The notes under the pieces: generated by a model | Databases searched by the model: none | What the model was told of the DNA's origin: nothing | The model's input: the letters and a program-made list of their open reading frames with translations, nothing else | Made by a program: the position numbers and the translations under genes | Shown: one piece after another, positions 50,074 to 60,612 of the stretch | Position numbering within the stretch: position 1 is the stretch's first letter | How the letters are laid out: the number at the start of each line of letters is the position of its first letter | Assembly (NCBI GenBank): GCA_037443035.1 | Contig: JBBIPC010000009.1 | Location: 12,618-76,617, forward strand | Direction: 5' to 3' | Source: Chthonomonadales bacterium | GTDB taxonomy: Bacteria; Armatimonadota; Chthonomonadetes; Chthonomonadales; CAJBBX01 | Length of the DNA stretch: 64,000 nucleotides

Positions 50074-52383
50074 GTGAAGGCACTAATCTTCTTTGTTGCA
50101 GCCGCGGCGCTTAGCGTAGGCGCGCAAGGTGCGGTGACGCTGGCTTCGCGCGGCACCGCACGTGCGATCATCGTGCTGCAACAAGGCGCTACCCCAACGG
50201 AGACGCTGGCTGCTCGCGAACTGCAGCAGTGCCTGCAGGCCATGACGGGTGCGCAGTTCGAGATACGCGACACCGTGGCCGATACTACGCCCTGCGTCAT
50301 CGTCGGCCCGGGACCCGTGGCGGAACGCCTGTTCCCAGACGTGCCATGGAGCCAGTTGGGCGGAGAAGAGATCGTCATTCAAGCGTCCAACAACCGTCTG
50401 CTGTTGGCAGGCGGACGCCCCAGAGGCACGCTCTACGCCGTGTTCCGGTTCCTTCAGGACAAGCTTGGCGTTCGCTGGTGGACACCTTGGGCCTCCCGCA
50501 TCCCCAAGCGGTCCACTCTCACGATACCGGACATGTCCATTCGCCAGACGCCTGCCTTCGAGGCAAGGGATCCGTTCTGGTACCCGGCATTCGACGGCAT
50601 GTGGGCCATCCGCAATGGATCCAACAGCCAGCACGCCCGTATCACTCCAGATATGGGTGGCAAGATCATCTACAAGGGCTTCGTCCACACTTTCTTCCCG
50701 CTCGTACCTCCGGATCGCTACTTCGAGGAGCATCCCGAATGGTACAGCCTCATCAAGGGCCAACGTCGGTACGAAGGTGCCCAGCTTTGCACCACGAACC
50801 CTGAGCTGCGTGAGTTTCTAGTGAAGCGTGTGCGAGAGTGGCTCAAGGAATCGCCCGAGGCGAGTATCGTGTCCATCTCCCAGAACGACTGGCACGGTCC
50901 CTGCGAGTGCCCTAACTGCAAGGCCATAGACGACAGGGAAGGCAGTCACTCGGGCACGATGGTGGAGCTGCTGAACTACATCGCGTCGCGGCTCGGCCCC
51001 GAGTTTCCCAACGTAGCGTTCGACACCTTGGCATACCAGTACACGCGGAAAGCTCCGAAGAACGTGCGCCCTCTGCCGAACGTCATCATCCGGCTCTGCT
51101 CCATCGAGTGCAACTTCGCCGCACCGTTGACGGACCCCAGCAACAAGGCCTTCGCCCAGGACATCGAGGACTGGAACCGACTCTGCAACCGCCTCTACGT
51201 GTGGGATTACACTACCAACTTCGCCCACTATGTCATGCCTCACCCGAACTACTACTCGCTCGGACCTAACGTGCGGTTTTTCCATGAGCATGGTGTGAAG
51301 GGCCTGTTCGAGCAAGGTGCCTACCAGTCTTTCGGATCGGAGATGTCCGAGCTGCGTGCGTGGGTCCTGGCCCAGTTGTTGTGGAATCCCTATCAGGATG
51401 ACCGGAAGCTCATCGATGAGTTTCTCGAAGGTTATTACGGTAAGGCTGCTGCACGGTACATCCGGCAGTACATGTCTCTCATGAGCAGTGCTGCCAAGGG
51501 TTTCTACATGGGATGTTTCACCCGACCCGACAGCGCCCCGTATCTTCGCTATCCCGTGCTCGTCAAGGCCGAGAGACTCATGGCTCAAGCCGAAGAAGCC
51601 GCGGCAGGCGACAAGGACCTGGTTTGGCGCGTGCGACAGGCGCGGCTGCCGCTGTGGTATGCATGGCTCGTACGGTGGCCCCAGCTCCGGCGAGAGGCTC
51701 TGGCGACGGGAGGGGAGTGGCCTGTGCCTCGGTCTCGGAAGGCGTTGGCCGATCAGTTCCTGGCGATCGCGACCGGTCCAGGTCCCGAAGGCTGGCGACC
51801 GATGACGCACATTAACGAGGGAGGGCTGACTCCGCAGCAGTTCGTGGCTCGATTCGAACAAGACCCACCGGACCCCCAGATCCAGCCGGTTCCCAAGCGT
51901 TCGGCCAAGCCGACCCCGCCGCCTGGCGTGCCCACCAAAGGCGCCGTGGATGTTCAGGACAACGTGGCACAGCTTGCTGGTGAGTGGCAATGGGCCGAAG
52001 TGCGGGGCGACGTTCTCGCGTCCGATGGCGTCGCGGTTTTCATGCCGTCGAACCACCACGAATGGGCGTTCCAAGTGCGCATGGACAAGCTTCCCCGACG
52101 TGCGCGGTCAGGTAAGTGGCAGGTCTATGTCGTGGTGCGTTCCGAACGGGCGGGTGACCATCCATCTGGGACAGCTTTCTCGGCGGGTGTCTGGGACACT
52201 GCCCATGGTCAAGACCTCGGGTCCGTCGCCATCGCCGCAGTTGACGCCGCTGATCAGTACACGGCGTACCGCATTGCCACGGTCGAAGCCGGTGCCGACC
52301 GGTACATCTGGATCGCACCCACGGTTAACAACACTCTCAAGGGCATCTGGGTGGACCGTATCTGGCTCGTGCCTGCGCCCTGA
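50074..52383 (+). CDS. Secreted DUF4838 protein (putative glycoside hydrolase)
   Basis: Signal peptide; GTLYAV...LGVRW, VHTF, HPEWY, QLCTTNP, SQND, CECxxC, TLAYQYT, YVWDY. Confidence 0.8.
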   Translation: MKALIFFVAAAALSVGAQGAVTLASRGTARAIIVLQQGATPTETLAARELQQCLQAMTGAQFEIRDTVADTTPCVIVGPGPVAERLFPDVPWSQLGGEEIVIQASNNRLLLAGGRPRGTLYAVFRFLQDKLGVRWWTPWASRIPKRSTLTIPDMSIRQTPAFEARDPFWYPAFDGMWAIRNGSNSQHARITPDMGGKIIYKGFVHTFFPLVPPDRYFEEHPEWYSLIKGQRRYEGAQLCTTNPELREFLVKRVREWLKESPEASIVSISQNDWHGPCECPNCKAIDDREGSHSGTMVELLNYIASRLGPEFPNVAFDTLAYQYTRKAPKNVRPLPNVIIRLCSIECNFAAPLTDPSNKAFAQDIEDWNRLCNRLYVWDYTTNFAHYVMPHPNYYSLGPNVRFFHEHGVKGLFEQGAYQSFGSEMSELRAWVLAQLLWNPYQDDRKLIDEFLEGYYGKAAARYIRQYMSLMSSAAKGFYMGCFTRPDSAPYLRYPVLVKAERLMAQAEEAAAGDKDLVWRVRQARLPLWYAWLVRWPQLRREALATGGEWPVPRSRKALADQFLAIATGPGPEGWRPMTHINEGGLTPQQFVARFEQDPPDPQIQPVPKRSAKPTPPPGVPTKGAVDVQDNVAQLAGEWQWAEVRGDVLASDGVAVFMPSNHHEWAFQVRMDKLPRRARSGKWQVYVVVRSERAGDHPSGTAFSAGVWDTAHGQDLGSVAIAAVDAADQYTAYRIATVEAGADRYIWIAPTVNNTLKGIWVDRIWLVPAP

Positions 52384-52400
52384 GAGAAGGAGGAGTCTGC

Positions 52401-53492
52401 GTGCGCGGCTCATGGCGACTTGGTGCGGCCGGAGTAGCCTGCGGCCTCGTGTTGATCTCGATGGCGGCTTGGCCAGCTCCGCCGCGCACGCCTCCCTTCA
52501 TCGGCATTTCAGTCAACCCCCCGGAAGGGGGAACGATGCAGGACGTCATCTCGGAACTCGTCCGTCTGCGAGACCGCGGCATGGGCATTCTCTATGTCAG
52601 CCACAAATGGTCGGATCTCGAGCGGACTCCAGGAAAACCAGATGTGACGTCCATTGCAGAGGCTGTGCGCGGTACCCGCCTACTCGGCTGCCGCGTCACC
52701 ATCACCATCCAGATCCTGGACACGAACAACCGGACACTGCCCGCGGACCTCATGGCCGAGTCCTTCGGTTCTGACCAGATGCATGCTCGCTTCCGCAGCC
52801 TCCTGGAGGCCATTGCTCCTGCCCTGACGAGCGATGTCTACTCCATTCAACTTGGCAACGAGGTAGACATCTACCTCCGCGAGCATCCCACCGAGACCGA
52901 GGCGTACGCGAGGCTCGTCGAGGAAGGGCGTGATCTTCTACGCAAAGCACGTCCTGACATGCGCGTGGGCGTGACGACAACATACGAAGGTCTGGTACGG
53001 AGCCCGATGATCTTCGAACGGCTGAACAAGCGGATGGACGTGGTCGTCATGACCTACTACCCCCTGGGCCCGGGGTTCGCGGTAAGACCTGTCACGGACG
53101 TCGCAGGAGATTTCGGCCGCATGGTCAAGGCTGCAGGCGCGCGTCCGCTGTGTTTGCAGGAGGCCGGGTACCCCACCTCGCCGATCCTCGGCAGTTCGGA
53201 AGAGAAGCAGGCCGCGTTCGTTGATGCCGTGTTCTCAGGGGTACGCAAGCACTCTGCCCGCATGGGGTACTGCAACTTCTTCCTTTTGCACGACTTCACC
53301 GATTCGCAGGTGGCCGAGTTCCTCCGCTACTACCGGCTGCCGGATGCACGATTCCGCGCGTACCTGGCGACACTCGGCTTCAAGACCGCCAAGGGCGAAC
53401 CTCGCAAGGCCTGGGACCGGTTTCTCGCCGGTCTGGGCCGATCCGGTCCTGCGCGATCGAAGCGCCCGGCCTTACGCAGCAGTGCGCATTAG
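52401..53492 (+). CDS. Secreted clan GH-A-like glycoside hydrolase
   Basis: Signal peptide; GNE putative acid/base, TYYP, QEAGYP putative nucleophile. Confidence 0.7.
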   Translation: MRGSWRLGAAGVACGLVLISMAAWPAPPRTPPFIGISVNPPEGGTMQDVISELVRLRDRGMGILYVSHKWSDLERTPGKPDVTSIAEAVRGTRLLGCRVTITIQILDTNNRTLPADLMAESFGSDQMHARFRSLLEAIAPALTSDVYSIQLGNEVDIYLREHPTETEAYARLVEEGRDLLRKARPDMRVGVTTTYEGLVRSPMIFERLNKRMDVVVMTYYPLGPGFAVRPVTDVAGDFGRMVKAAGARPLCLQEAGYPTSPILGSSEEKQAAFVDAVFSGVRKHSARMGYCNFFLLHDFTDSQVAEFLRYYRLPDARFRAYLATLGFKTAKGEPRKAWDRFLAGLGRSGPARSKRPALRSSAH

Positions 53493-55539
53493 GCTGGTCT
53501 GGCTCTGGCTCGTTGTTGGCCTGTTGGTATGGTCACACCCATCTCGTGCCGACAGCGGCAAGGCCGTTCTCATGCTGGCCGTTCCCGGTCTCAAGGCCGA
53601 CGACCTGACCCGTCCGGAATTGCGGTCCGTGCACAGACTGGCGCAGCAGGGGGCCGTCGGATGGATGATAACAAGGACAGCGTACGCAGGTGTTCGAACG
53701 AACGATGCGTTCGCCAGCGGATTCCTGACCATAGGTGCCGGTGCACGGGCGGTGGCCGATCTACAGGTGCCGCCACATGTTCCCCTCGTGCTCAGTGACG
53801 TGGCGAAACGGAACCGCGAGCTGGATCATCCGGTGCCTCTCGGGGCTGTGGGGGACGTATGCCGCTCTGCCGGCTTGCGTATCAGCGTAACTGACGATAG
53901 CCTATTGGACCGCTCCGTGTTGCTGATGGCTATGGACTCCAAGGGGAGGGTGGACACGATAGCGACGGCGCTCGTGCGCGACAGCGATGAGCCGTTCGGA
54001 GTCCGCAGCGAACCTTCGCGCTATCCCGCGCCTGCCAAGGGCTGGCTGATCGTCTGGGTGTTCAGCGATTTGTCACGGTGCGACGCGTACGATACCTACT
54101 GTACGCCTGAGATGTCGGAAGCTCACCGTGCCAGGGCGCTCGTCAGATTGGACGCACTCCTGCGTCGTCTCATGCAGAACGTGCGCCAGCTCCGAGAAAA
54201 CAACGTTGCTTGCATGGCATGGGTTCTCTCGCCGGCCCCCTCCGCGGCAGTACGACGGCTCGACCGCTTAACGCCCATTCTGCTACAGGGCGACGAAGAG
54301 CCTGGATGGATCACGTCGGCATCCACGCGACGAAGAGGTTTGGTGCTCAACACCGATGTACTGGCCAGTATCGCGCAGTTCCTCGATCGGCCGCTGCCCA
54401 AAGGCGCTACAGGTCGCCCGGTGTCCGGGACGGGTCCGCCATCCGTAACAGTTTCAGACTGGCGCGCGTTGCACGACCGTCTGCTGCGCGCAGCGGTCGT
54501 GCAGTTCTGGCTCGGCACCATGCCAGGCGTTCGGTTCTCGCTCATGTTGGTGCTCGTCCTGAGCACCGTGCTGGCCACAACCCTCCGCCACAGTGCCCTG
54601 CACGTGTTGGCCCGGGCGATAGCTGGTGCCATGCTAGGCATGGTTACCATCCAGGCACTCTCCGGGTGGCTGCCGCCGCTCGACTTGAGGACAGCCACCA
54701 TCATCCTGGGCGTATTCACGGTCGCTGGGGTCTGGCTTGCTTACGCAGGCGTCCGGCGCGCCGCGCTCATGGGATCGCTTGTCTGTGGCACCATAGGGTT
54801 GGGTGTACTTATCCTGCTGACCGCTGCTCCTGAACGCCTCGCGGAAGCGTGGCTGACCTACAGTACCATGCTCGGCACTCGCCTCTACGGCATCGGCAAT
54901 GAGCTTGGCGGCGTCTGGGTCGGCGGCCTCGCGTTTGCTGTGGCCCACGCGAGATCCCGCCCAGGCCACGGGGCCACGGCCGCAGTGCTGGTGGCTTGCG
55001 CTGTGGCTGCCATGCACCCGGCGCACGGCGCCAACTTCGGCGTCGGGATCGCCTGCGTCATCCTGGCAGCATGGCAACTTGCGGGAGCCGCTGGGCCGCG
55101 GGTACGCGTCCTACTGTTTGCGAGCCTGTCCGTATCGCTGATCGCTATCGCTATCGTGGTCGTATTGCTACTCGACAGAGGGCCGGGAGCATCGCATATC
55201 GGACGGGCACTGAGCTCCCATGCTGGTCTTGGCGCGGTCATCGTCCGCAAACTAGGACTGAACCTCGCTACGCTCGTTCAGAGTCTCTGGACGCTAGTCG
55301 CCATGCTGGGTATCGGCGCCTGCCGATTCGCGGTGACCCGGCTTTCGCATGGGGTCGTCCTCGATCTCAGCCCCTTGTACGTCGGGACGACAGCGTTGCT
55401 CCTGTTCAACGACACTGGGATTGTGGCTGCCGGACTATGCCTGGCTACGGCGGTTCCGGCTCTTGTCCTGACCCTCGCGCCTCCCACGGCCATAGCGCCG
55501 CAGGCGCAACGAGTTGGAGACCACCGAGACAGAGGATAG
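53482..55539 (+). CDS. Uncharacterised membrane protein (extracytoplasmic N-domain plus about 10 TM helices)
   Basis: Signal peptide from GTG 53482; polar loop motifs [26 protein letters not shown] between hydrophobic helices. Confidence 0.75.
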   Translation: MRIRLVWLWLVVGLLVWSHPSRADSGKAVLMLAVPGLKADDLTRPELRSVHRLAQQGAVGWMITRTAYAGVRTNDAFASGFLTIGAGARAVADLQVPPHVPLVLSDVAKRNRELDHPVPLGAVGDVCRSAGLRISVTDDSLLDRSVLLMAMDSKGRVDTIATALVRDSDEPFGVRSEPSRYPAPAKGWLIVWVFSDLSRCDAYDTYCTPEMSEAHRARALVRLDALLRRLMQNVRQLRENNVACMAWVLSPAPSAAVRRLDRLTPILLQGDEEPGWITSASTRRRGLVLNTDVLASIAQFLDRPLPKGATGRPVSGTGPPSVTVSDWRALHDRLLRAAVVQFWLGTMPGVRFSLMLVLVLSTVLATTLRHSALHVLARAIAGAMLGMVTIQALSGWLPPLDLRTATIILGVFTVAGVWLAYAGVRRAALMGSLVCGTIGLGVLILLTAAPERLAEAWLTYSTMLGTRLYGIGNELGGVWVGGLAFAVAHARSRPGHGATAAVLVACAVAAMHPAHGANFGVGIACVILAAWQLAGAAGPRVRVLLFASLSVSLIAIAIVVVLLLDRGPGASHIGRALSSHAGLGAVIVRKLGLNLATLVQSLWTLVAMLGIGACRFAVTRLSHGVVLDLSPLYVGTTALLLFNDTGIVAAGLCLATAVPALVLTLAPPTAIAPQAQRVGDHRDRG

Positions 55540-57642
55540 GCCCATGGCCGCTGCCGCAAGGATAGGATCCAAACGGCCGGACGCGGCAAGAGGAATACCG
55601 ACGACATTGTAGACGAACGCCCAGAAGAGGTTCTGCCGAATTATGGCGAGTGTCTTCCGACCGAGCAGGACGGCGTCGCTCACGCCGTGGAGATCCCTGC
55701 GCATGAGCACCATATCACCTGTCTCGATGGCGACATCGGTTCCGCGCCCCACGGCAATGCCCACGTCCGCCTGGGCCAAAGCTGGCGCATCGTTGATCCC
55801 ATCGCCCACCATGGCCACTCGTTCACCTTGGCGCTGATAGCGAACGACGATCTCTTGCTTCTCCTCCGGCTTGACCGACGCTTCCACACGCTGCAGGCCT
55901 AGTTGCTCTGCCACGGACTGTGCGACCTCTCGCCGGTCACCAGTCACCATCACGACTTGTCGAACTAGTCCCTGAAGCTGCTCGATGGCTTGCCGAGCAC
56001 TGGGCACGACTGTGTCGGCGACTGTGACAACGCCGCACCACTGGCCGTCCATCGTAACGCCGATTACAGCCTGATCTTCTGACACGGAGGCGATCCACGA
56101 GTCGTCGAGGCTGCCAGCTTCCGCTGTGAGCCATCTCACGTCGCCAACGCCCAAGGTCCGGCCCTGGACCTCCGCGCGAACTCCGTGACCCGGCACCTCC
56201 GTGAATCGTTCCAACGGCATGAGCGAGATACCTCGGTCGCGAGCCGCTTGCAGCAGCGCTTCAGCCATGGGGTGCGTGCTGTGTTGCTCAGCAGATGCGG
56301 CGTAGGCAAGGACGCTATCCTGGTCCAGATCCGCCAGCGAATGTACCTCTTTCACGACCGGGCGACCTTCCGTTAGGGTACCCGTCTTGTCCAGAAGGAT
56401 GGTCGTGACATGAGCGCACCTCTCCAGCGCCTCGCCGTTGCGTATCAGCAGCCCCAGCTCCGTCGCCCGGCCGGTCGCGGCCATGATGGCCGTTGGTGTC
56501 GCCAGCCCGAGCGCGCACGGACACGCAATGACGAGAACAGCCACAGTTGGCCACACCGCCTGTGCGGTAGACGCACCTTCGACGCCCACCCACCACAGGA
56601 AGGTACCGCCCGCGACCAACAGGACTGCTGGCACGAATCGCGCCGCGACCGCATCGGCCAGACGCTGGATCGGCGGCTTCGCCGTCTGCGCAGCTTCTAC
56701 CAGACGTACGATCTGGGCCAGGGTAGTATCCGATCCGACACGCGTGGCGCGGACCACTAGAGCACCAAGAAGGTTCACCGTTCCCCCGATGACGTGATCA
56801 CCGGCCACCTTGCGCACCGGCCAGCTCTCGCCGGTGATCATCGCCTCGTCCACGGAACTCTCGCCTTGTACCACGATGCCGTCGGCGGGAATGCGCTCGC
56901 CGCTGCGAACCGATATCTCGTCACCGACCTGCACACTCTCCACAGCCACTTCGGTCCATGCGTCACCCCTCCGAATCAGAGCCGTTTTCGGCGCAAGACC
57001 GATAAGCCGTCGCACCGCCTCGGAGACCTTGCCTCTGGCCCTGGCCTCCAACACTCGGCCCACGAGAACCAGCGTCGTGATGGTTGCGCCACTCTCGAAA
57101 TAGTAATGAGCTCCGCCTGTAAGCAGGGACGCGACACTGTGGCCGTACGCCGCCAGCGTACCCACAGCGACGAGCACGTTCATGTCGGAGGAACCGTGCC
57201 GCAGCACTTTCCACGCACCCAGAAGGAAGGGGTAGCCGCAGTAGAACTGGACCGGCGTGGCCAGGAGCAGCGACAAGATTCCGACCCAGAGGGGCGGATG
57301 GTGCATCCATAGCATCCCCAGTGCGAGCAACGGGGCGGTCAGGACAACGGCCGCGGTCAGCCTTCTCGCGAATTGGGCCGCTGCCCGGCGATTCTCGGCC
57401 TCTTGGATGCCCTCGGTCTCTTCGGTAGCAACGCGCCCCTCGAAGCCGGCGATCTCCACTGCTTCGATAAGCTGTTCCGGTGTCGCTGCACCTGGATCGT
57501 AGGTGACGGCCGCCTTCTCCGTGGCAAGGTTCACTGAAGCCGCGGTAACGCCATCTACACGGCGCAGCGCCTTCTCCAGGCGGGCCACACACGCTGCACA
57601 GGTCATCCCCTCGATATGGATCTCGACCGACTGCTCGCTCAC
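55435..57642 (-). CDS. copA: Cu(I)-translocating P1B-type ATPase
   Basis: [34 protein letters not shown] and MxxSS ligands. Confidence 0.93.
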   Translation of the reverse strand: MSEQSVEIHIEGMTCAACVARLEKALRRVDGVTAASVNLATEKAAVTYDPGAATPEQLIEAVEIAGFEGRVATEETEGIQEAENRRAAAQFARRLTAAVVLTAPLLALGMLWMHHPPLWVGILSLLLATPVQFYCGYPFLLGAWKVLRHGSSDMNVLVAVGTLAAYGHSVASLLTGGAHYYFESGATITTLVLVGRVLEARARGKVSEAVRRLIGLAPKTALIRRGDAWTEVAVESVQVGDEISVRSGERIPADGIVVQGESSVDEAMITGESWPVRKVAGDHVIGGTVNLLGALVVRATRVGSDTTLAQIVRLVEAAQTAKPPIQRLADAVAARFVPAVLLVAGGTFLWWVGVEGASTAQAVWPTVAVLVIACPCALGLATPTAIMAATGRATELGLLIRNGEALERCAHVTTILLDKTGTLTEGRPVVKEVHSLADLDQDSVLAYAASAEQHSTHPMAEALLQAARDRGISLMPLERFTEVPGHGVRAEVQGRTLGVGDVRWLTAEAGSLDDSWIASVSEDQAVIGVTMDGQWCGVVTVADTVVPSARQAIEQLQGLVRQVVMVTGDRREVAQSVAEQLGLQRVEASVKPEEKQEIVVRYQRQGERVAMVGDGINDAPALAQADVGIAVGRGTDVAIETGDMVLMRRDLHGVSDAVLLGRKTLAIIRQNLFWAFVYNVVGIPLAASGRLDPILAAAAMGLSSVSVVSNSLRLRRYGRGRREGQDKSRNRRSQA

Positions 57643-58157
57643 GCGTCACCTCCTCCCTCGACCAGACCCGCACGGTTCAGCGCATACTGGAACATGGCTT
57701 CCATGAGCGGATCCCAGGTCCAATACAGCGCAGGTATCTCCTCGACATGGAACAGCCTAGCGTCTGTGGACTCGGTGCCTGCAGGCACTGGGCCGGCTGT
57801 CTCCAGAGTTCCCACGAACACCGCTGCGCACCTCGAAGTTCCATCCTCACCCAAGATCAGAAAGTCCCCGATGCGATGGAGATCTCGCACAGTCGCTCCG
57901 GCTTCTTCGTATGTCTCCCGGATAGCAGCGTGCTCCGGCGCCTCGCCTGGCTCCACACGCCCGCTCGGTGTGCACCACCCCCGCGGCACACGTGATAGCA
58001 AGAAGCGACCATGGTGAAGTACGAACACCACGACCGCCCATGGCTCCGCACAGAGCGACGTCGGGTCTGCTACGAAGGTGGCTGTGCCGCCGTCCCACGG
58101 CACACGCGGGAAGTCCTGGGATTTCGAGGCCTGCTCGCCTTGTCCGGACACGTTCAT
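57639..58157 (-). CDS. NUDIX hydrolase
   Basis: Nudix box [22 protein letters not shown]. Confidence 0.9.
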   Translation of the reverse strand: MNVSGQGEQASKSQDFPRVPWDGGTATFVADPTSLCAEPWAVVVFVLHHGRFLLSRVPRGWCTPSGRVEPGEAPEHAAIRETYEEAGATVRDLHRIGDFLILGEDGTSRCAAVFVGTLETAGPVPAGTESTDARLFHVEEIPALYWTWDPLMEAMFQYALNRAGLVEGGGDA

Positions 58158-58594
58158 GGGATTGGTGAGACCGCCACGACGCGACCCAGGATGTCGCTCT
58201 CAGGAACCGGTCCAAAACGACGGCTATCATCGGACCGGGTCCTGTTATCGCCAAGTACGACAACTCGATCGGCGGGCACGACGAGGTCGTCCGGGTCACT
58301 TCCAGACGCGAAGTAATCCCGCACCTCCTGAAAGAGCGGGCGGTCCAAGGGTGCAACGTGGTCACTGGAGACATACGCAATGCGCTTCACGAGTACTTCG
58401 GGTCCTCGCCGCAAGAGGACAATATCGCCCCGACGCAGACGGGAATAGCGACGCAAAGCCAGAACAAACTGCCCATTCCGCATCGTCGGCATCATAGAAT
58501 CGCCTTTCACCACCGCCACATGTGCCAGACTCAGAAAAGCAATGGGTATCGCGGCTATGCCAATGGCGGATACAATGACATGACGAAGCCTCAT
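58154..58594 (-). CDS. lepB: Signal peptidase I (short Gram-positive type)
   Basis: GDSMMPT (Ser), LVKRI (Lys), GDNRTRSDDSRRFG. Confidence 0.88.
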   Translation of the reverse strand: MRLRHVIVSAIGIAAIPIAFLSLAHVAVVKGDSMMPTMRNGQFVLALRRYSRLRRGDIVLLRRGPEVLVKRIAYVSSDHVAPLDRPLFQEVRDYFASGSDPDDLVVPADRVVVLGDNRTRSDDSRRFGPVPESDILGRVVAVSPIP

Positions 58595-58679
58595 CGTTGT
58601 TGCATACCGTCAGGACCCCTGTGGTCGTTCCATTGCGCACTGAAGTCGCAGCCACCACGTTGCTCGAGGTAACCAGGTC

Positions 58680-59180
58680 GTGGAGAGACTTGCCGAGATC
58701 GTCGCACAACATGCACCCACATGGATCGCCGTCTTGGCGGCAGGATTCGCGCTCCTTGTCGCCCTTTGCGTGTCGTTGCTCATCCGCCTCCGGCGGATGG
58801 AGGGGTTGTGGCAGCGCGTTCGCGCAGCCTCCGACGATACTGCAGGCGCCGAACTCGTCGTCCAGACGGCGCAGCAGGCGAGCCAACTGGCCGCCCGTAT
58901 GACTGCGGCCGAGGCGCAGCTCGACCATCTCATGCGAGTCTTGCAGGGCTGTGTGCAACACATCGGCATCGTTCGCTATGATGCATTCGAGGACGTGGGC
59001 GGGTGCCAGAGTTTCTCCCTGGCCCTCTTGGACGGTCAGCGCAATGGCGTTGTCATTACAGCGATCTACAGCCGCACCGACGTTCGCTTGTACACCAAGA
59101 AAATGGACCACGGACGAGCAGTGACGCAACTCACAGACGAAGAGGCTGCGGCCGTGAAGCAGGCGATCAGTGGAGCGTAG
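58680..59180 (+). CDS. DUF4446 family membrane protein
   Basis: TM plus coiled coil, then GIVRYDAFEDVGGxQSFSLALLD...GVV...YTK...LTDEE. Confidence 0.8.
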   Translation: MERLAEIVAQHAPTWIAVLAAGFALLVALCVSLLIRLRRMEGLWQRVRAASDDTAGAELVVQTAQQASQLAARMTAAEAQLDHLMRVLQGCVQHIGIVRYDAFEDVGGCQSFSLALLDGQRNGVVITAIYSRTDVRLYTKKMDHGRAVTQLTDEEAAAVKQAISGA

Positions 59181-59261
59181 AGGCGATGAAGCCTCCGAAG
59201 CAGGTATGGGAACCGCCGGGTCGACCCCGCGCTTGGTCTGGAAGGAAGCACGGTCTGGCGC

Positions 59262-59876
59262 ATGGCCACTGAGTCAGCTGCTTCGGCATGGCACGCTCTG
59301 GACGACAAGGACCTCGTTGCCAGATGCCAGCAGGGCAGCCGCGATGCGTTCGATGAGCTCATCCGACGGTATCAGCGCCGTGTCTACACGTTCGCCTACC
59401 GTCTGACGGGCAACGCGGACGACGCATCGGACATCGCGGCCGATACATTCGTGCGTCTGTACACCTCTATCGCCAGCTTCCGAGGAGAAAGCAGCTTCGC
59501 CACATGGCTCTTCCGCGTAGTAACGAACATTTATCTCGACTCGCGCAAACGCCAGCGCGTACGCCAGACGCAGTCTCTCGACGAAATGATCGAGCTCGAG
59601 GAAAGCACGGTACAGCGCCAAATCGAAGACACCGGTCCTACTCCGCACGAAGTGGCCGAAGATCACGAACGCACGGCAGCTCTGCAGGCCGCCATTACGT
59701 CCCTCCCCGAGTTTCAGCGGACCATGGTTGTCATGTACCATGTCAATGGCATGGCCTACGAAGAAATCGCCGAGGCGTTGGACTTGCCGATCGGTACGGT
59801 GAAGTCGAGACTGAACCGGGCCAGGCAAGCATTACGACGGAAGCTCGAACCGATCCGGGAACAATACGGTCTCTGA
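59262..59876 (+). CDS. ECF RNA polymerase sigma factor
   Basis: AFDELIRRYQ, FRGESSFATWLFR, YEEIAEALDLPIGTVKSRLNRAR. Confidence 0.94.
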   Translation: MATESAASAWHALDDKDLVARCQQGSRDAFDELIRRYQRRVYTFAYRLTGNADDASDIAADTFVRLYTSIASFRGESSFATWLFRVVTNIYLDSRKRQRVRQTQSLDEMIELEESTVQRQIEDTGPTPHEVAEDHERTAALQAAITSLPEFQRTMVVMYHVNGMAYEEIAEALDLPIGTVKSRLNRARQALRRKLEPIREQYGL

Positions 59877-59927
59877 CGGCGTCAGAGCACTGATACGTGT
59901 GCGGATGCGTGGTATGGGAAGCCCGAC

Positions 59928-60599
59928 ATGAAATGCGAACGTGCGAGACTGTGGTTCTCCGATTTGATTGACGGTAGCATCCAGCCTGCTCAGCGAGTGG
60001 TGCTGGAGGCGCATCTGGCCGCCTGTGCTGCATGCGCCGAGGAGGTCCGCAGTCTTCGCGCCGTCTGGTCGGGTCTCGATGCCATGCCGTCGCTGGAACC
60101 GCCGGCGACGCTTCGGGCGACGATCTGGCAACGCATTGAGGCTCACCAGACGCAGGCGGATCGTTCCGCGCGGCGTGCACGTCCTAGCTGGTTCACAGGC
60201 TGGGTCAGGGTAACCACGGTCACGGCCGGCGCCGTGGCCTTGCTCGCCCTGGCGACTGTCAGTGTCCCGGGCCGTTTCCGCTCTGCCGGCTGGACTTCAT
60301 GGATTCCAGGCGTACACCGGTCCACGTCCAAGCCTCCGGCACTGCACGTCACCGGTACTGCGCAGACGGAGAGCGGCGACCGATTCGTGGCCGTGACGCT
60401 CCGAGCCTCCGCAGTGGTACCCGCCGCCGACGTTATCGTGACGGCGCATGGCGCTGAGATCGGGCGGAGCCGCGTGGCGCTACGCCCGCCGGAGACGACC
60501 GTTCGCGTACCGGTTGCTGCCGCCACAGGACCTATCGAGGTTCGCGTGGAGATCCGCCAGAGTCAGCGAGCACTCACTCTCATCGTACCGGTCCGGTAG
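59928..60599 (+). CDS. Zinc-binding (zf-HC2/ZAS) transmembrane anti-sigma factor
   Basis: MKC...HLAACAAC (HxxxCxxC), one TM helix, beta-rich outer domain; follows the ECF gene. Confidence 0.87.
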   Translation: MKCERARLWFSDLIDGSIQPAQRVVLEAHLAACAACAEEVRSLRAVWSGLDAMPSLEPPATLRATIWQRIEAHQTQADRSARRARPSWFTGWVRVTTVTAGAVALLALATVSVPGRFRSAGWTSWIPGVHRSTSKPPALHVTGTAQTESGDRFVAVTLRASAVVPAADVIVTAHGAEIGRSRVALRPPETTVRVPVAAATGPIEVRVEIRQSQRALTLIVPVR

Positions 60600-60612
60600 T
60601 TCCGGCGGTCGC

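Noticed and set aside
59209..59240. Autoregulatory ECF promoter GGAACC...GTCT upstream of the sigma gene
   Set aside because: The spacer is about 21 nt, too long for typical ECF promoters (about 16-17 nt).
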